This document shows, piece by piece, positions 1 to 9,480 of a stretch of DNA of 64,000 nucleotides. How positions within the stretch are numbered: the stretch's first letter is position 1; each line of letters begins with the position of its first letter. The stretch spans positions 800,001 to 864,000 of the forward strand of contig OZ243913.1 in the NCBI GenBank assembly GCA_965213705.1, in the 5' to 3' direction. This DNA is from Trueperaceae bacterium. Its GTDB lineage: Bacteria > Deinococcota > Deinococci > Deinococcales > Trueperaceae. Both the position numbers and the translations under genes were made by a program. The notes beneath the pieces were generated by a model. That model ran no database searches. It was not told the DNA's origin and worked only from the letters and a program-made list of their open reading frames with translations.

Positions 1-562
1 CCACCCGCGTCGCCCAGGTTAACTCACTGCTGCTCATCTCGCCCGTCCTGAACTCCTCGACGAACTTTGCGCTGACGGCCTGGTAGAGTTGGTAAAGACC
101 GCCCAACCCGACGCCGACACCCACCGCGCCGACCAGCCAGCGCCCGAAGGGCACCTGCAGCAGCGTGGCCGTCCAGTCTTGCGCGCCGCCCCCACCGCCC
201 CCGCCGCCCAAAATAATCTGCACCGCTGCGACGGTGAGGCCCGCGTACGCCACGCCGCTGCCCACGTAGCCGATGCGTTTGCCGATGCCTGCGGCGTCGT
301 CGCCCTCGTTGCCCGAGTCGGCGAAGCCCTGCACAAAGCGCCACAGCGCGTAAGCCGCCAGGCCGAGCGCGACGACGGCGAGCAAAACCTGTCCAAAAGG
401 CTGCTGGGCTATTCTGCTCAGCGCGCCCTGCGACCCGGCTTGCGCCGCCCCCTGCGCCGCCAGACCGCCGACGATGAGGTAGACGACCCCCTTGGCCGCG
501 TAGCCGACGCGGGCCAAAACGGGTAAGGCGTTCGACGCTTGACGGCTTGCTTTCGTACTCAC
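1..562 (-). CDS. DUF1206 domain membrane protein (3' end outside window)
   Basis: Manual translation from GTG at 562: LARVGYAAKGVVYLIVG...QQPFGQVLLAVVALGLAAYALWRFVQ...LLQVPFGRWLVG; repeated helical units typical of DUF1206. G-rich RBS upstream. Confidence 0.85.
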   Translation of the reverse strand, partial: MSTKASRQASNALPVLARVGYAAKGVVYLIVGGLAAQGAAQAGSQGALSRIAQQPFGQVLLAVVALGLAAYALWRFVQGFADSGNEGDDAAGIGKRIGYVGSGVAYAGLTVAAVQIILGGGGGGGGAQDWTATLLQVPFGRWLVGAVGVGVGLGGLYQLYQAVSAKFVEEFRTGEMSSSELTWATRV

Positions 563-647
563 CTGTACCCCCTCGTTTAAAAAATCTCAGCTCGAGCCGA
601 GTGCGCCAAAACCGGCGAGCGAATGGGTTTTCAAAACCTGACGCTCG

Positions 648-935
648 TCAAAGACTAACATAGTGCTCGACCGTCGGAAACGGGTCGTAAAAGGGGTGCA
701 GCAACGTTCGCCATTCTTGGTAAGCCGCCGATCCCCTAAAGCCGACGGTGTGGTCTTCCAGGGTTTGCCACTGCACCAAAAGGAGGTAGCGGTGGTCGTC
801 CTCTATACAGCGTTTCAACTCGTGCGACAGGTATCCCGGCATTGACGCGATGATGGGTTCGGCCTGTTTGAACGCGGCCTCGAACCCTTGCGTCTCGCCT
901 TGTTTGACGTTCAAAACGGCGACTTCCAAAACCAT
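648..935 (-). CDS. Antibiotic biosynthesis monooxygenase (ABM) family protein
   Basis: 95 aa MVLEVAVLNVKQG...PGYLSHEL...YLLLVQWQTLEDHTVGFRGS; GGAG RBS before ATG 935. Confidence 0.88.
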   Translation of the reverse strand: MVLEVAVLNVKQGETQGFEAAFKQAEPIIASMPGYLSHELKRCIEDDHRYLLLVQWQTLEDHTVGFRGSAAYQEWRTLLHPFYDPFPTVEHYVSL

Positions 936-974
936 AACGACTCCAAACTCGAAACAGCCCTGAGTATAGCCTTT

Positions 975-1086
975 GCTCGGGAAACCCCGTGAGCGGCTCG
1001 AGCGGCCTGGTGAAGCCTTGCAAGGTTGGGCGCAGCGTAGGCCGGGGCGAAGTCCGACGACGCGAAAGAAAGTAGTCTGAGCACCA
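975..1086 (+). ncRNA. Candidate ~112 nt structured RNA or structured 5' leader (unclassified)
   Basis: GCTCGGG (975-981) pairs with TCTGAGC (1076-1082), followed by ACCA; internal CGGCCT/AGGCCG and CCT-TGCA-AGG hairpin. No family recognised. Confidence 0.25.
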
Positions 1087-1580
1087 TGAGACAAACACGT
1101 GTACAACCGCAAGCAGGCCAAGAATCCGTCTGGGACTACCCGCGCCCGCCGCGGGTCGAACCCGTGACGCTGCGGGTGCGAGTCCTGGTCGGCGACGTGA
1201 CAATTGCCGACAGCGTGGACGCCCGACGCGTGCTCGAGACCAGCCACCCGCCCGTTTACTACCTGCCGCAAAACGACGTTTTGACGAGCTACCTCACCCC
1301 GACCGAGCGCACCACCTTTTGCGAGTTCAAGGAGCGGGCACGTTACTGGACCCTGCGCGTCGGCGACCGCGAAGTTCCCAACGTCGCCTGGAGCTACCCG
1401 GCACCCGCGCGAGGTTTCGAAGCTATCCGCGACCACCTCGCCTTTTACCCGGGCAAGGTAGACGCCTGCTACGTGGGCGACGAACGCGTGCAAGCCCAAG
1501 CGGGCGACTTTTACGGCGGCTGGATAACCGCCGACATCGTTGGGCCGTTCAAGGGCGGGCCGGGGACGACGGGCTGGTAG
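1086..1580 (+). CDS. DUF427 domain protein
   Basis: ESVWDYPRPP, VLETSHPPVYY, TFCEFK, AWSYP and FYGGWIT motifs. Confidence 0.9.
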   Translation: MRQTRVQPQAGQESVWDYPRPPRVEPVTLRVRVLVGDVTIADSVDARRVLETSHPPVYYLPQNDVLTSYLTPTERTTFCEFKERARYWTLRVGDREVPNVAWSYPAPARGFEAIRDHLAFYPGKVDACYVGDERVQAQAGDFYGGWITADIVGPFKGGPGTTGW

Positions 1581-1596
1581 CGAGAAGTAAACTATT

Positions 1597-1772
1597 CAAC
1601 AGCTCCGCACACCCTCAAAAGGATAGGCTGTCGGCGGTGTCTTACCGGTCGGCGGCCTCCAGACCTGCAATCGGAATTTCCACGCATTGGGCGTACAGGC
1701 GGAGGCTGATTCCCCCAACCCACAAGACGCTGTTTCAACCCGTCACAGCGCTTGAGTTCCTGTCAGGCGTTG
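1597..1772 (+). ncRNA. Candidate ~175 nt rod-shaped ncRNA
   Basis: About seven nested helices with G-U pairs valid only on the + strand; TAAACT -10 box at 1588-1593. Confidence 0.45.
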
Positions 1773-1847
1773 TGGCGGCATTGCCTTAACACTATTTACC
1801 TTCACACAATTGCCTTCACAGAGACGCAAAAGCGTAAACTGGTACGC

Positions 1848-2495
1848 ATGAAACTTCTCTCGGTCAACCGCAGCCTGCCCAAACCCATCACCGTCGGCAC
1901 ACGCGCCGACCGAACAGGCATTTTCAAGACGCCCGCCCGTGAGCCCGTACGGGTCGGCGAACTCGGGCTGGAAGACGACGTGCAAGTCTCCACAAAGCAC
2001 CACGGCGGCCCCGACCAAGCCGTTTACCTTTACAGCGCTGAAGACTACGCCTGGTTTTCGAACGCGCTGGGCCGCGAACTGGGGCCGGGAACGTTTGGGG
2101 AAAACCTGACGCTGTCGGATTTCGGTGGGCACACGCTTTACGTCGGCGACCGTTTGCAGCTGGGCGAGGTTGTGCTGGAACTCACCGCGCCGCGCATACC
2201 CTGCGCGACCCTCGCCGCACGCGTGGGCGAGCCCGACTTTGTCAAACGCTTCAAACAAGCCGAGCGGCCCGGCGTCTACGCCCGCGTCCTTACAGGAGGC
2301 ACCTTGAACCGGGGCGACGAGGCCGTCTACACGCGCGGCGCCAGCAGCGTGACGACCCTGGAACTTTTTCGCGACCACTACGACAACACCGACACGCCTG
2401 CAGGCCTGGAGCGTCTTTTGAGCGCGCCCGTCGCCGAGCGGAGCCGCCGGGACCTGCAGGAGCGGCTGGAAAAAGCGCTAGCTCAGTCCGCTTAG
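1848..2495 (+). CDS. MOSC domain protein (YiiM-like)
   Basis: TGIFK, HHGGPDQAV, FGENLT, PRIPC and RPGVYARVL; probable leaderless start (TAAACT 7 nt upstream). Confidence 0.9.
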   Translation: MKLLSVNRSLPKPITVGTRADRTGIFKTPAREPVRVGELGLEDDVQVSTKHHGGPDQAVYLYSAEDYAWFSNALGRELGPGTFGENLTLSDFGGHTLYVGDRLQLGEVVLELTAPRIPCATLAARVGEPDFVKRFKQAERPGVYARVLTGGTLNRGDEAVYTRGASSVTTLELFRDHYDNTDTPAGLERLLSAPVAERSRRDLQERLEKALAQSA

Positions 2496-3593
2496 GTTTT
2501 TCATTAGTTCGCCAAAGGCGCGGTAGCCGGTCAGGAGCGAGCCCGGCTCGAGCCACTCGCTCAAACGGTGCGCGTCGCCGCCGGTATACACCCCGAACGA
2601 AATCGCCGGCAAACCCGCCGCCATCGCCGCGTTGGCGTCGGTGCTGCTCGCGGCTTCGCGCGGCGCGACGCCGACGGTTTGCAACGCGGCCCGCGCGGCC
2701 TTTACAAGCACTTCGTTGTCGCTTTTGGCGGCGGGCCGGTCGCCGACCTGCTCGACCCCGGCGGTGACACCGTGCTGCCGCGCCACGCGTTTGACCGCCC
2801 GGAGGGCGTCGCGCTCCAAATGCGCCAACACGTCGGCGTCCAAGCTGCGCAGGTCCAGGTTAAAGCGGGCTTCCTGGGCAATCGCGTTCACGCTCGTGCC
2901 GCCCCGAACCTGGCCCACGTTGAGGCTGCTGCGCGGCTCGCGTGGCACGTCCAAGCGGGTAAGCGCGTGAACCATGTCACCGAGGGCGTGGACCGCGCTC
3001 GGGCTCGGGTAGTCGCCCCAGGAATGCCCGCCCGCCGCTTGCAGCGTTACCTCGAAGCGCTTCGAGCCGACCGCCCGGTCGACGATGGTGCCTAAGTGGC
3101 CGTCGAGCGCCACGACCAGGTCGTAGTCGGCAGCGCGCTTCATCAGCTCGCGAATCCCGCGCAGGTCGCCCAGACCTTCTTCGCCGACCGTGGCGGCCAG
3201 GGTCAACCGGGGCCGCGCGCCCCCGGGGGAAACCTCGGCCAAAGTTCGGGCGTAGGCCAGCATGACGGTCAAACTCGCGCTGTTGTCGCCGATGCCGGGC
3301 GCGGCGAGGTTGCTGTCCACCTTTTTTACGCTCACGTCGGTCTCTGAAGGAAATACCGTGTCCAGGTGTGCGGCGACGAGCACGCGAGGGCCAAAGCCGC
3401 CGGGCACTTGCGCGGTCACGTTACCGACGCCGTCGGTGCGGGGCTCGAGCCCGGCTTCTCGCAGCAGGGCGGCGACGAGGTCGGCTCGAGCTTCTTCGGC
3501 AAAGGTCGGCGCGGGCGTTTCGCAGACGCGGCGCAGCAGCGCCAAAAGCGAATCCAGGTCGGCTGAGGTGTCCGGTCGAACGGGCGGCGTCAT
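2478..3593 (-). CDS. M20/M25/M40 metallopeptidase
   Basis: AHLDTV, GIGDN, VGEEG, GGHSW and DAH metal-binding motifs. Confidence 0.88.
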   Translation of the reverse strand: MTPPVRPDTSADLDSLLALLRRVCETPAPTFAEEARADLVAALLREAGLEPRTDGVGNVTAQVPGGFGPRVLVAAHLDTVFPSETDVSVKKVDSNLAAPGIGDNSASLTVMLAYARTLAEVSPGGARPRLTLAATVGEEGLGDLRGIRELMKRAADYDLVVALDGHLGTIVDRAVGSKRFEVTLQAAGGHSWGDYPSPSAVHALGDMVHALTRLDVPREPRSSLNVGQVRGGTSVNAIAQEARFNLDLRSLDADVLAHLERDALRAVKRVARQHGVTAGVEQVGDRPAAKSDNEVLVKAARAALQTVGVAPREAASSTDANAAMAAGLPAISFGVYTGGDAHRLSEWLEPGSLLTGYRAFGELMKNLSGLS

Positions 3594-3623
3594 GGTTTTG
3601 AGGATACCCCAAGCCAGGCGGTC

Positions 3624-4289
3624 TTACGAGCTTTCCGCCAGTGAGGCGATGCCCTCGCGCAGCGCGTACAGGGCGGCCTGGGTGCGGTTGTTGAGCCGCA
3701 GTTTGGAAAAGATTTCCGACAAACGGTTGCGCACGGTTTTCTCGCTGACGTTCAAAGCCTCGGCGATTTGCATGTTCGAGGCGCCCTGGGCGAGCAGCCG
3801 CAAAATATCGACCTCGCGCTCGGTGAGTTCGCTCAGGCGGTGCTCCGGGTGTTCGGGCACGGCCTCTTTCACCTTTTTGAACTCGCTCAAGATAGAGGCG
3901 GCCATTTCGGCGTTGAGCAGCGTCTCGCCCTCGGCGACGCGGTGAATGGCGTCGATAAGGTCGTTGGCGTCGGCGTCTTTGAGCAGGTAACCGCGAGCGC
4001 CCACCTTGATGGCCTCGAACACGTAAGTGTCTTGGCGGTACATCGTCAGGATGATAACTTTGGTCCCCGGTTGCTCGGCGAGAATCGCCTTGGTCGCGGC
4101 GACGCCGTCCAAGTCCGGCATCTGGATGTCCATGAGCACCACGTCGGGCCGCGTTTGCAGGGCGTAGCGCACCGCTTCGCGCCCGGTCGCCGCCTCGCCG
4201 ATAATCCTGAACGCCTCTTCGGTTTCCAGGATGCTCTTTAAGCCTTGGCGAAACAGCGCGTGGTCGTCACAGAGCAGAATGCGCGTCAT
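3624..4289 (-). CDS. NarL/LuxR-family response regulator
   Basis: Receiver domain (DDH, LMDIQMP, GYLLK) plus LuxR HTH (LTERE...SEKTV). Confidence 0.93.
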   Translation of the reverse strand: MTRILLCDDHALFRQGLKSILETEEAFRIIGEAATGREAVRYALQTRPDVVLMDIQMPDLDGVAATKAILAEQPGTKVIILTMYRQDTYVFEAIKVGARGYLLKDADANDLIDAIHRVAEGETLLNAEMAASILSEFKKVKEAVPEHPEHRLSELTEREVDILRLLAQGASNMQIAEALNVSEKTVRNRLSEIFSKLRLNNRTQAALYALREGIASLAESS

Positions 4290-4376
4290 GGTTTTATGCT
4301 AGCCCGCGGGCGGGCGTGTTACCGTAGGCAGGAACTATAGCCTGCTCAGGCTAAGGAACGGCAAACGAGGAGCAGT

Positions 4377-4853
4377 GTGGCCCATCCCAAGAACGAACTC
4401 ATCGAGCGCGCCCAGCGCGCCCAGCTCGGCAAACCTAAGTACAAAACCAAAAACGTCGGCCCCGAGCACGACGCCCTGTTCGTGTCCGAAGTGTTTTTAG
4501 ACGGCGAACTTGTCGGCCGCGGCGAGGGCAAGCAAAAACGTGACGCCGAGCGCCAGGCGGCCCAGGCAGGTTTGGCGTACCTGAACAACCAAGGCGAGCA
4601 GGACGTGCCGGAGGTTTCGGCAGACGAGCCGACGAACGAGCCGGCACTTGCCGACACCGCCGAGCTGCCCTTCGACGGTCCCTGGCCGCTGTTTCCCGAA
4701 CTTCTCGCCACAAGTTTGCAGATAGCCAACAGCCGCGTGAACAGCCGCGCGGCAGGTCACAGCGCCGTCGAAGAGGTGCGCAACCTGGCCCTGGAGCTTT
4801 ACAAGGGCGTGCTCGAGTCCTTGGGCGAAGTCGTCGAGGTGGACGAGGACTAG
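4377..4853 (+). CDS. Stand-alone dsRNA-binding motif (DSRM) protein
   Basis: HPKNELIE...PKY...GPEHDALF...GRGEGKQKRDAERQAA fits the dsRBD consensus; C-terminal domain unknown. Confidence 0.75.
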   Translation: MAHPKNELIERAQRAQLGKPKYKTKNVGPEHDALFVSEVFLDGELVGRGEGKQKRDAERQAAQAGLAYLNNQGEQDVPEVSADEPTNEPALADTAELPFDGPWPLFPELLATSLQIANSRVNSRAAGHSAVEEVRNLALELYKGVLESLGEVVEVDED

Positions 4854-4856
4854 CTC

Positions 4857-5405
4857 ATGTTCGCCGTGGAGCCCCGCACCTACACCCTGAAAAACGGCGC
4901 GTCGCTCGTCGTCCGCGAAGCTGAACCCACGGACGCAAAAAAGTTACTGGACTTCATCAACCGTGTTGCCGGTGAAACGGACTACCTGGGCTTCGGCGCG
5001 GGTGAGTTTGAACTCACGGAAGCTGAAGAAGCCGAGTTTTTAGAAAGTTGCCAAGCTGCCGACAATCAAATCTACCTGGTGGCTCTGGTTGAGGACGAGC
5101 TTGTTGGTACGCTGCACTTCGCAGGCGGCGGGCGTCCGAGGGTGCGGCACGTCGGCGAGTTTGGGATGTCGGTGAGCAAAGCGTACTGGGGGCAAGGCGT
5201 CGGCTCGCTGCTCCTGGACACGCTGCTCGAGTGGGCGCGGCAAACCGACATCGTAAAAAAAATCAACTTGCGCGTTCGGAGCGACAACGGGCGTGCCGTG
5301 GCGCTTTACGAGCGCAAAGGCTTTGTTGTGGAGGGCAGACTTACCAAAGAAATGTTTGTCGACGGGCGCTACCACGACCTTTTGGCGATGGGGCGCGGCG
5401 TTTAG
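4857..5405 (+). CDS. GNAT N-acetyltransferase
   Basis: YWGQGVGS acetyl-CoA motif; NGRAVALYERKGF. Confidence 0.9.
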   Translation: MFAVEPRTYTLKNGASLVVREAEPTDAKKLLDFINRVAGETDYLGFGAGEFELTEAEEAEFLESCQAADNQIYLVALVEDELVGTLHFAGGGRPRVRHVGEFGMSVSKAYWGQGVGSLLLDTLLEWARQTDIVKKINLRVRSDNGRAVALYERKGFVVEGRLTKEMFVDGRYHDLLAMGRGV

Positions 5406-5410
5406 GGCGC

Positions 5411-6187
5411 TCAAGGTGTGCCGGACTCGAGCACGTCCCCACTCTCGATGTCTACCAGGGCGGTGAACAAACTCCGGCCCTCACCGGCGAACTCGACCGT
5501 CCAGCGCCCACCTTCTTGGGGTTCGGCGTAGGCACGCCAGTCGTCGACGCCGTCCAGGGCCGCGCCGATGCCCTCGGCTTGCCAGGCAATCTCGACGGCG
5601 CGGTCGCGCTCGACGCGGCGCGCTTCTTCCTCGTCGAAGGCGTTCGGGTCGTAGATGTCCTCGACGTAAAACCGCTCGCCGTCCCGGCTCAGGACGACCG
5701 TGTAGTCGTCTATTTCGCGCCAGAACTCGACCCACCAGCTCTGGTCGTAAGCGTCGTAACGCACTTCAAAGTCCCACCAGTCGGGGTCGACGAGGAGGGC
5801 CTGCAGTTCGGCGTCGTTAAAGACGAGTGTTTCTATTTTTTCGCGCAACCTCTTGAACGCTGCCTCGGACAGCTCGACGGGAAAGCGGGTGTCGAAGACC
5901 TCCAACGTGTCGACGTTGATGTGCGCGTAGGCCAACCACTCGTCGCCCCGGTAAAAGTCCACGTGCCAGTCGGTCGCGCTGTCGGCGTAGGCCTCGGCGC
6001 GCCAGTCGGGATGCTCCTCCAAAAAGGCGGCGACCTCGTCGTTTTGAACGATGAGTTGTACGGCGTTTCGCGCCCCCGGCTCGAGCGCGCGAAACGCGTC
6101 CGAGTCTAAAAACGTCTGCGCGAAGCTCAGGGTACCTACCAAAAGCAGCAGGGCGGACAAGCAAACTTTCAGCGTGACGGGTCTCAT
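5411..6187 (-). CDS. Exported acidic hypothetical protein with three internal repeats
   Basis: Signal peptide ending SFA-Q; repeats DWRAEAY/DWWDFEV/DWRAYAE...WxVxF; starts 1 nt after the DUF1501 stop. Confidence 0.7.
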   Translation of the reverse strand: MRPVTLKVCLSALLLLVGTLSFAQTFLDSDAFRALEPGARNAVQLIVQNDEVAAFLEEHPDWRAEAYADSATDWHVDFYRGDEWLAYAHINVDTLEVFDTRFPVELSEAAFKRLREKIETLVFNDAELQALLVDPDWWDFEVRYDAYDQSWWVEFWREIDDYTVVLSRDGERFYVEDIYDPNAFDEEEARRVERDRAVEIAWQAEGIGAALDGVDDWRAYAEPQEGGRWTVEFAGEGRSLFTALVDIESGDVLESGTP

Positions 6188-6188
6188 C

Positions 6189-7493
6189 TCAACCGTTTCT
6201 TTGGGCGGCGAAGTCTCGAGCCGCGAAGTCTCGAGCCCGCACCAAGCCCAGCGGCGTGACCGTGTGGCCGGGGAAAACGTCGGCCAGGGCCGGGTTGCCG
6301 AGCCGGCCCGCGACGACCTCGGCGAGCACGTCGCGGTAGTCGGTGGTGATTCTCAAATCGCCGTCGACCAAACTTTCCGGCGTCAAGCCGGGCCAGTCGC
6401 CGAACACTTGCCCGCCCAGCGTGCCGCCGCCGAGCAGAAACATCACGTTGCCGTGTCCGTGGTCGGTGCCCGCCGAGGCGTTTTCCTGCACCCGGCGGCC
6501 GAACTCGCTCATGGTCACGACGGTGACGTTGTTCATGCGCTCGCCCAAATCGGTGTAAAACGCGTGAAGGCCTTGTGCGAGTTCCGTAAGCAGCGCGTTG
6601 AGGGTGCCGTCCAGCGTGCCCTGGCCTTCGTGCGTGTCCCAGCCGCCCAAGTCCACGCAGGCGACCTCGAGCCCGACCTCGGCCTTGACGAGTTGCGCGA
6701 CCTGTTTGAGGCCCAGCCCGAACTCGCCCTCGGGGTAATGCGTACCCGCGGCGGGCTGATAACGTTCCGCGTCCAGGTCCTGCAACATCTCAACGGTTTC
6801 GAACACCAGCCCCGCCTGCGTGTCGAGCAGGGTTTGGGGCGCGTCCAAGCTGTAGAGCGATGAGAGCGAGGCCTGCAACCTTTGCAACTCACTTTCGCGG
6901 CCACGAAAGTGAAAGTCCGCAATGGACTTTATCGCCAGCGGCGTCACCGGGCCGCGCAACGACTCGGCGACCATCGCCCCCATGCCGACCGCGCGGAAGG
7001 GCGAGTCGTTGTGCCAGGCGGCGCTGTGCAGGTGTCGTCCCAACCAGCCGCTGCCTGCGCCTTTGTCGCCGGGACGGCCCGTTTCCATAAAGCGCATCGC
7101 GTCGAAGTGGCTGCGCGTGCTGTCCGTCAAGCCGGTCGCGTGGACAATCCCGAAGGTGCCGTCGTCGTACAGCTCTTTTAAGGGGGCCAGCGCCGGGTGC
7201 AGCGCGAAGCGGCCGTCTAAGTCGAGGCCGCCCCGCCCCGGCTCGGGCGTCGCCAGGGTGGGCCGGGCGTCGAAAAAGTGTGCGCCCTCGGCGTAGGGCG
7301 CGACCGCGCTCAGGCCGTCCATGCCGCCGCGCAAAAACACGTTGACGAGCACGTCGCCGGGGGCTTTCTGGGCGCTGGAGGCGAACGCCAACTGCGGCAT
7401 CCAACTCGGAAACAGGGCGCGGCTCGCCCCCACCACCCCGAGGGCGGCGGCGGACTTTACTGCGGACTTCAAAAAGGTGCGGCGGTCAAACAC
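6189..7493 (-). CDS. DUF1501 domain protein (Tat substrate)
   Basis: DRRTFLK twin-arginine motif; FLRGGMDGL, RSHF, GGWDTH, SEFGR, GTDHG. Confidence 0.92.
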   Translation of the reverse strand: MFDRRTFLKSAVKSAAALGVVGASRALFPSWMPQLAFASSAQKAPGDVLVNVFLRGGMDGLSAVAPYAEGAHFFDARPTLATPEPGRGGLDLDGRFALHPALAPLKELYDDGTFGIVHATGLTDSTRSHFDAMRFMETGRPGDKGAGSGWLGRHLHSAAWHNDSPFRAVGMGAMVAESLRGPVTPLAIKSIADFHFRGRESELQRLQASLSSLYSLDAPQTLLDTQAGLVFETVEMLQDLDAERYQPAAGTHYPEGEFGLGLKQVAQLVKAEVGLEVACVDLGGWDTHEGQGTLDGTLNALLTELAQGLHAFYTDLGERMNNVTVVTMSEFGRRVQENASAGTDHGHGNVMFLLGGGTLGGQVFGDWPGLTPESLVDGDLRITTDYRDVLAEVVAGRLGNPALADVFPGHTVTPLGLVRARDFAARDFAAQRNG

Positions 7494-7630
7494 GCGGGTT
7501 CTCCTTCCTTTTCTAAAACTGAGACCGTCAAACCGGTACCACCGAGTTCAGGCCGTTTGAGTCGACGCTGCTAAGACTGACGGCACCGAACCGACATCTT
7601 TCAGCGGCGCTGAAATTAGCGCTACCGAAA

Positions 7631-9106
7631 CTAGCGCCACTGAAACTGCGGCGAGGCCAGCATGAGTCCGTACAAGCTGCCGAGCTTGCGGCCCAACAGC
7701 TGCGGCGTCACCGGCTCGGCAGCGCCCGCCCCGTCCGAGGCGTAGTGGACGAAGGGCTCGAGCGCCTCCTCCGGCAGCCTAGCGCCGAACACCTGGTGGC
7801 TCACCGCCGCCACCAACGCACCGACCGTTTCGACCTCGGGCGTGCGTTCCGTCAGCCGGGTGCTCAGCCCGTAGCCCTGGTCTGCGTCGCTCAGCGCCCC
7901 GTGCGTGAGGCGCATGGCGGTGTTCCAGCGGGTCAACAGGCCGTTCGCCGACAGCCAAGCTCTAGCCACGTCGGGGTAACCGTCGGGCGGGTGCCAGCCG
8001 TAGGGCGTCTGGCCGAGCGCCTCCAGCAACTCTTCCAGCAGCCACCAATCGCGCACCCGCGTGCCCGAAGCGCGCAACGCGCCCACAAAAAAGTCGAGCG
8101 GGCGGCGCAACTTCTGACCCGCCGAGGCTTTGAACTCTTCCGACAAAAAGAGCGCGCGCAAAACCGGCTTTATCTCGCCCCCGGTCGCCGCCCAAACGTC
8201 GGCGAGTCTGTCGACCAACGACGCGGGCGGCGTGTCGCTGACAAAGCGGACGCACAGCTTGCCGCACACGAAGCGCGCCGTGGCCCTATGGTCGGCGAGG
8301 ATGCCCAGCACGTGCAGGCCGTCTTCTAAGCCCCGCCCGGCTGGCAAATCGTGGCCGAGCACCTTTTTGGCGTCGGTGTCGTGCTCGGAATCGTCGAAGT
8401 AAAAACCCGTCTCGGTGCGGTCGTGTATCGTCCAGCCGGTGAAAGCCCGCGCCGTCGCCTTGACGTCTTGCTCGCTGTAGCCGCCGTCCACGCCCAGGGT
8501 GTGCAGCTCGAGCAGTTCGCGCGCGTAGTTCTCGTTGGGCCGCTCTTTGACGTTGACGTAGTTGTCGAGGTAATAGAGCATCGCTGGGCTTTTGGCGGTC
8601 GCGGCCAGCAGGTCGCGAAACCGCCCCAGCGCGTGACGGCGCACGCCTTGCTGAAAACCCACTAAGTTGAGGGTGTTGTCGAAGTCGCTCGGCACGTTGA
8701 AGTGGTCCGACCAGAACTCCACCATGCGTTCCAGCAGTTGCCGCTCGCTGTAGACGGCCCGCTCGAGCATCCCCCGCACCAAGGCCCGGCGGGCGCGCCC
8801 CTGCGCGTTTTGCAAACTGTAAAGGGTGCGCCGGTTCATGCCGAGGATGGGGAACTCGGCGAGACGCGCGTCCATGTCGCGGTCGTCGAGGCGTTCAAAG
8901 TGCAGTTGTTCGTCCAAAAACGCTTCGGCACCGAGGTCGCGCAGGCGTTTTAGTTCGCCGGGCCGGGGTCCCCAGGTAAGGCGGTTGAGCAGGTGCAACT
9001 CGGCGTCTAGGGGTACGGTCGGGGGTATGGCCTCGGTCTGGGCAAAGCTCGCGCCCACGCCGAGCAGCGCGGCGGCCCCGCCTAAAAATTCGCGTCTCGA
9101 GGTCAT
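7631..9106 (-). CDS. DUF1800 domain protein (Tat substrate)
   Basis: SRREFL; HLLNRLTWG, FWSDHF, AMLYYLD, NENYARELLELHTLG. Confidence 0.92.
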   Translation of the reverse strand: MTSRREFLGGAAALLGVGASFAQTEAIPPTVPLDAELHLLNRLTWGPRPGELKRLRDLGAEAFLDEQLHFERLDDRDMDARLAEFPILGMNRRTLYSLQNAQGRARRALVRGMLERAVYSERQLLERMVEFWSDHFNVPSDFDNTLNLVGFQQGVRRHALGRFRDLLAATAKSPAMLYYLDNYVNVKERPNENYARELLELHTLGVDGGYSEQDVKATARAFTGWTIHDRTETGFYFDDSEHDTDAKKVLGHDLPAGRGLEDGLHVLGILADHRATARFVCGKLCVRFVSDTPPASLVDRLADVWAATGGEIKPVLRALFLSEEFKASAGQKLRRPLDFFVGALRASGTRVRDWWLLEELLEALGQTPYGWHPPDGYPDVARAWLSANGLLTRWNTAMRLTHGALSDADQGYGLSTRLTERTPEVETVGALVAAVSHQVFGARLPEEALEPFVHYASDGAGAAEPVTPQLLGRKLGSLYGLMLASPQFQWR

Positions 9107-9119
9107 GTTTTACGCGCCG

Positions 9120-9162
9120 CAGCCTCACACATCACAGCCTCACACATCACAGCCTCATACAT
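9120..9162. repeat. 15-bp tandem repeat (CAGCCTCACACATCA x ~3)
   Basis: Read directly from the sequence, just upstream of the DUF1800 start. Confidence 0.85.
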
Positions 9163-9480
9163 CGCGGTCTCACGCTCTTTGCTGTCGTGCGTCACGGGGT
9201 CGCGTCGCTCCTCTCCCAGACGTCTTGCTGCACCTTTTGTTATACCTTGGTCGCTCGAGCCCCAGTTTAGGGCCTGGCAACTTGCCGGCGGGTAAGAGAA
9301 GCGTGAGTGAGCAAAAACGCACCGGAGACCGGAGCTGTAAAAATCCGCGGTGTTTCGTGGCGGTTGTCTCTTAATAAGTTAACAAAAACTTAGCCGAAGG
9401 TTTGGGAGACACCGGCGACGCTTAGTTGAACCGTCCGGGCGTCCACAACGCTTTTAGGAGCCGAGACACCATGAACTTCT

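Noticed and set aside
975..1086. SRP RNA or tRNA
   Set aside because: Lacks the SRP CAGG-GNRA-AGCAG core and lacks T and anticodon arms.
1597..1847. Moco riboswitch upstream of the MOSC gene
   Set aside because: The Moco motif elements were not found, and MOSC has its own leaderless-type -10 box.
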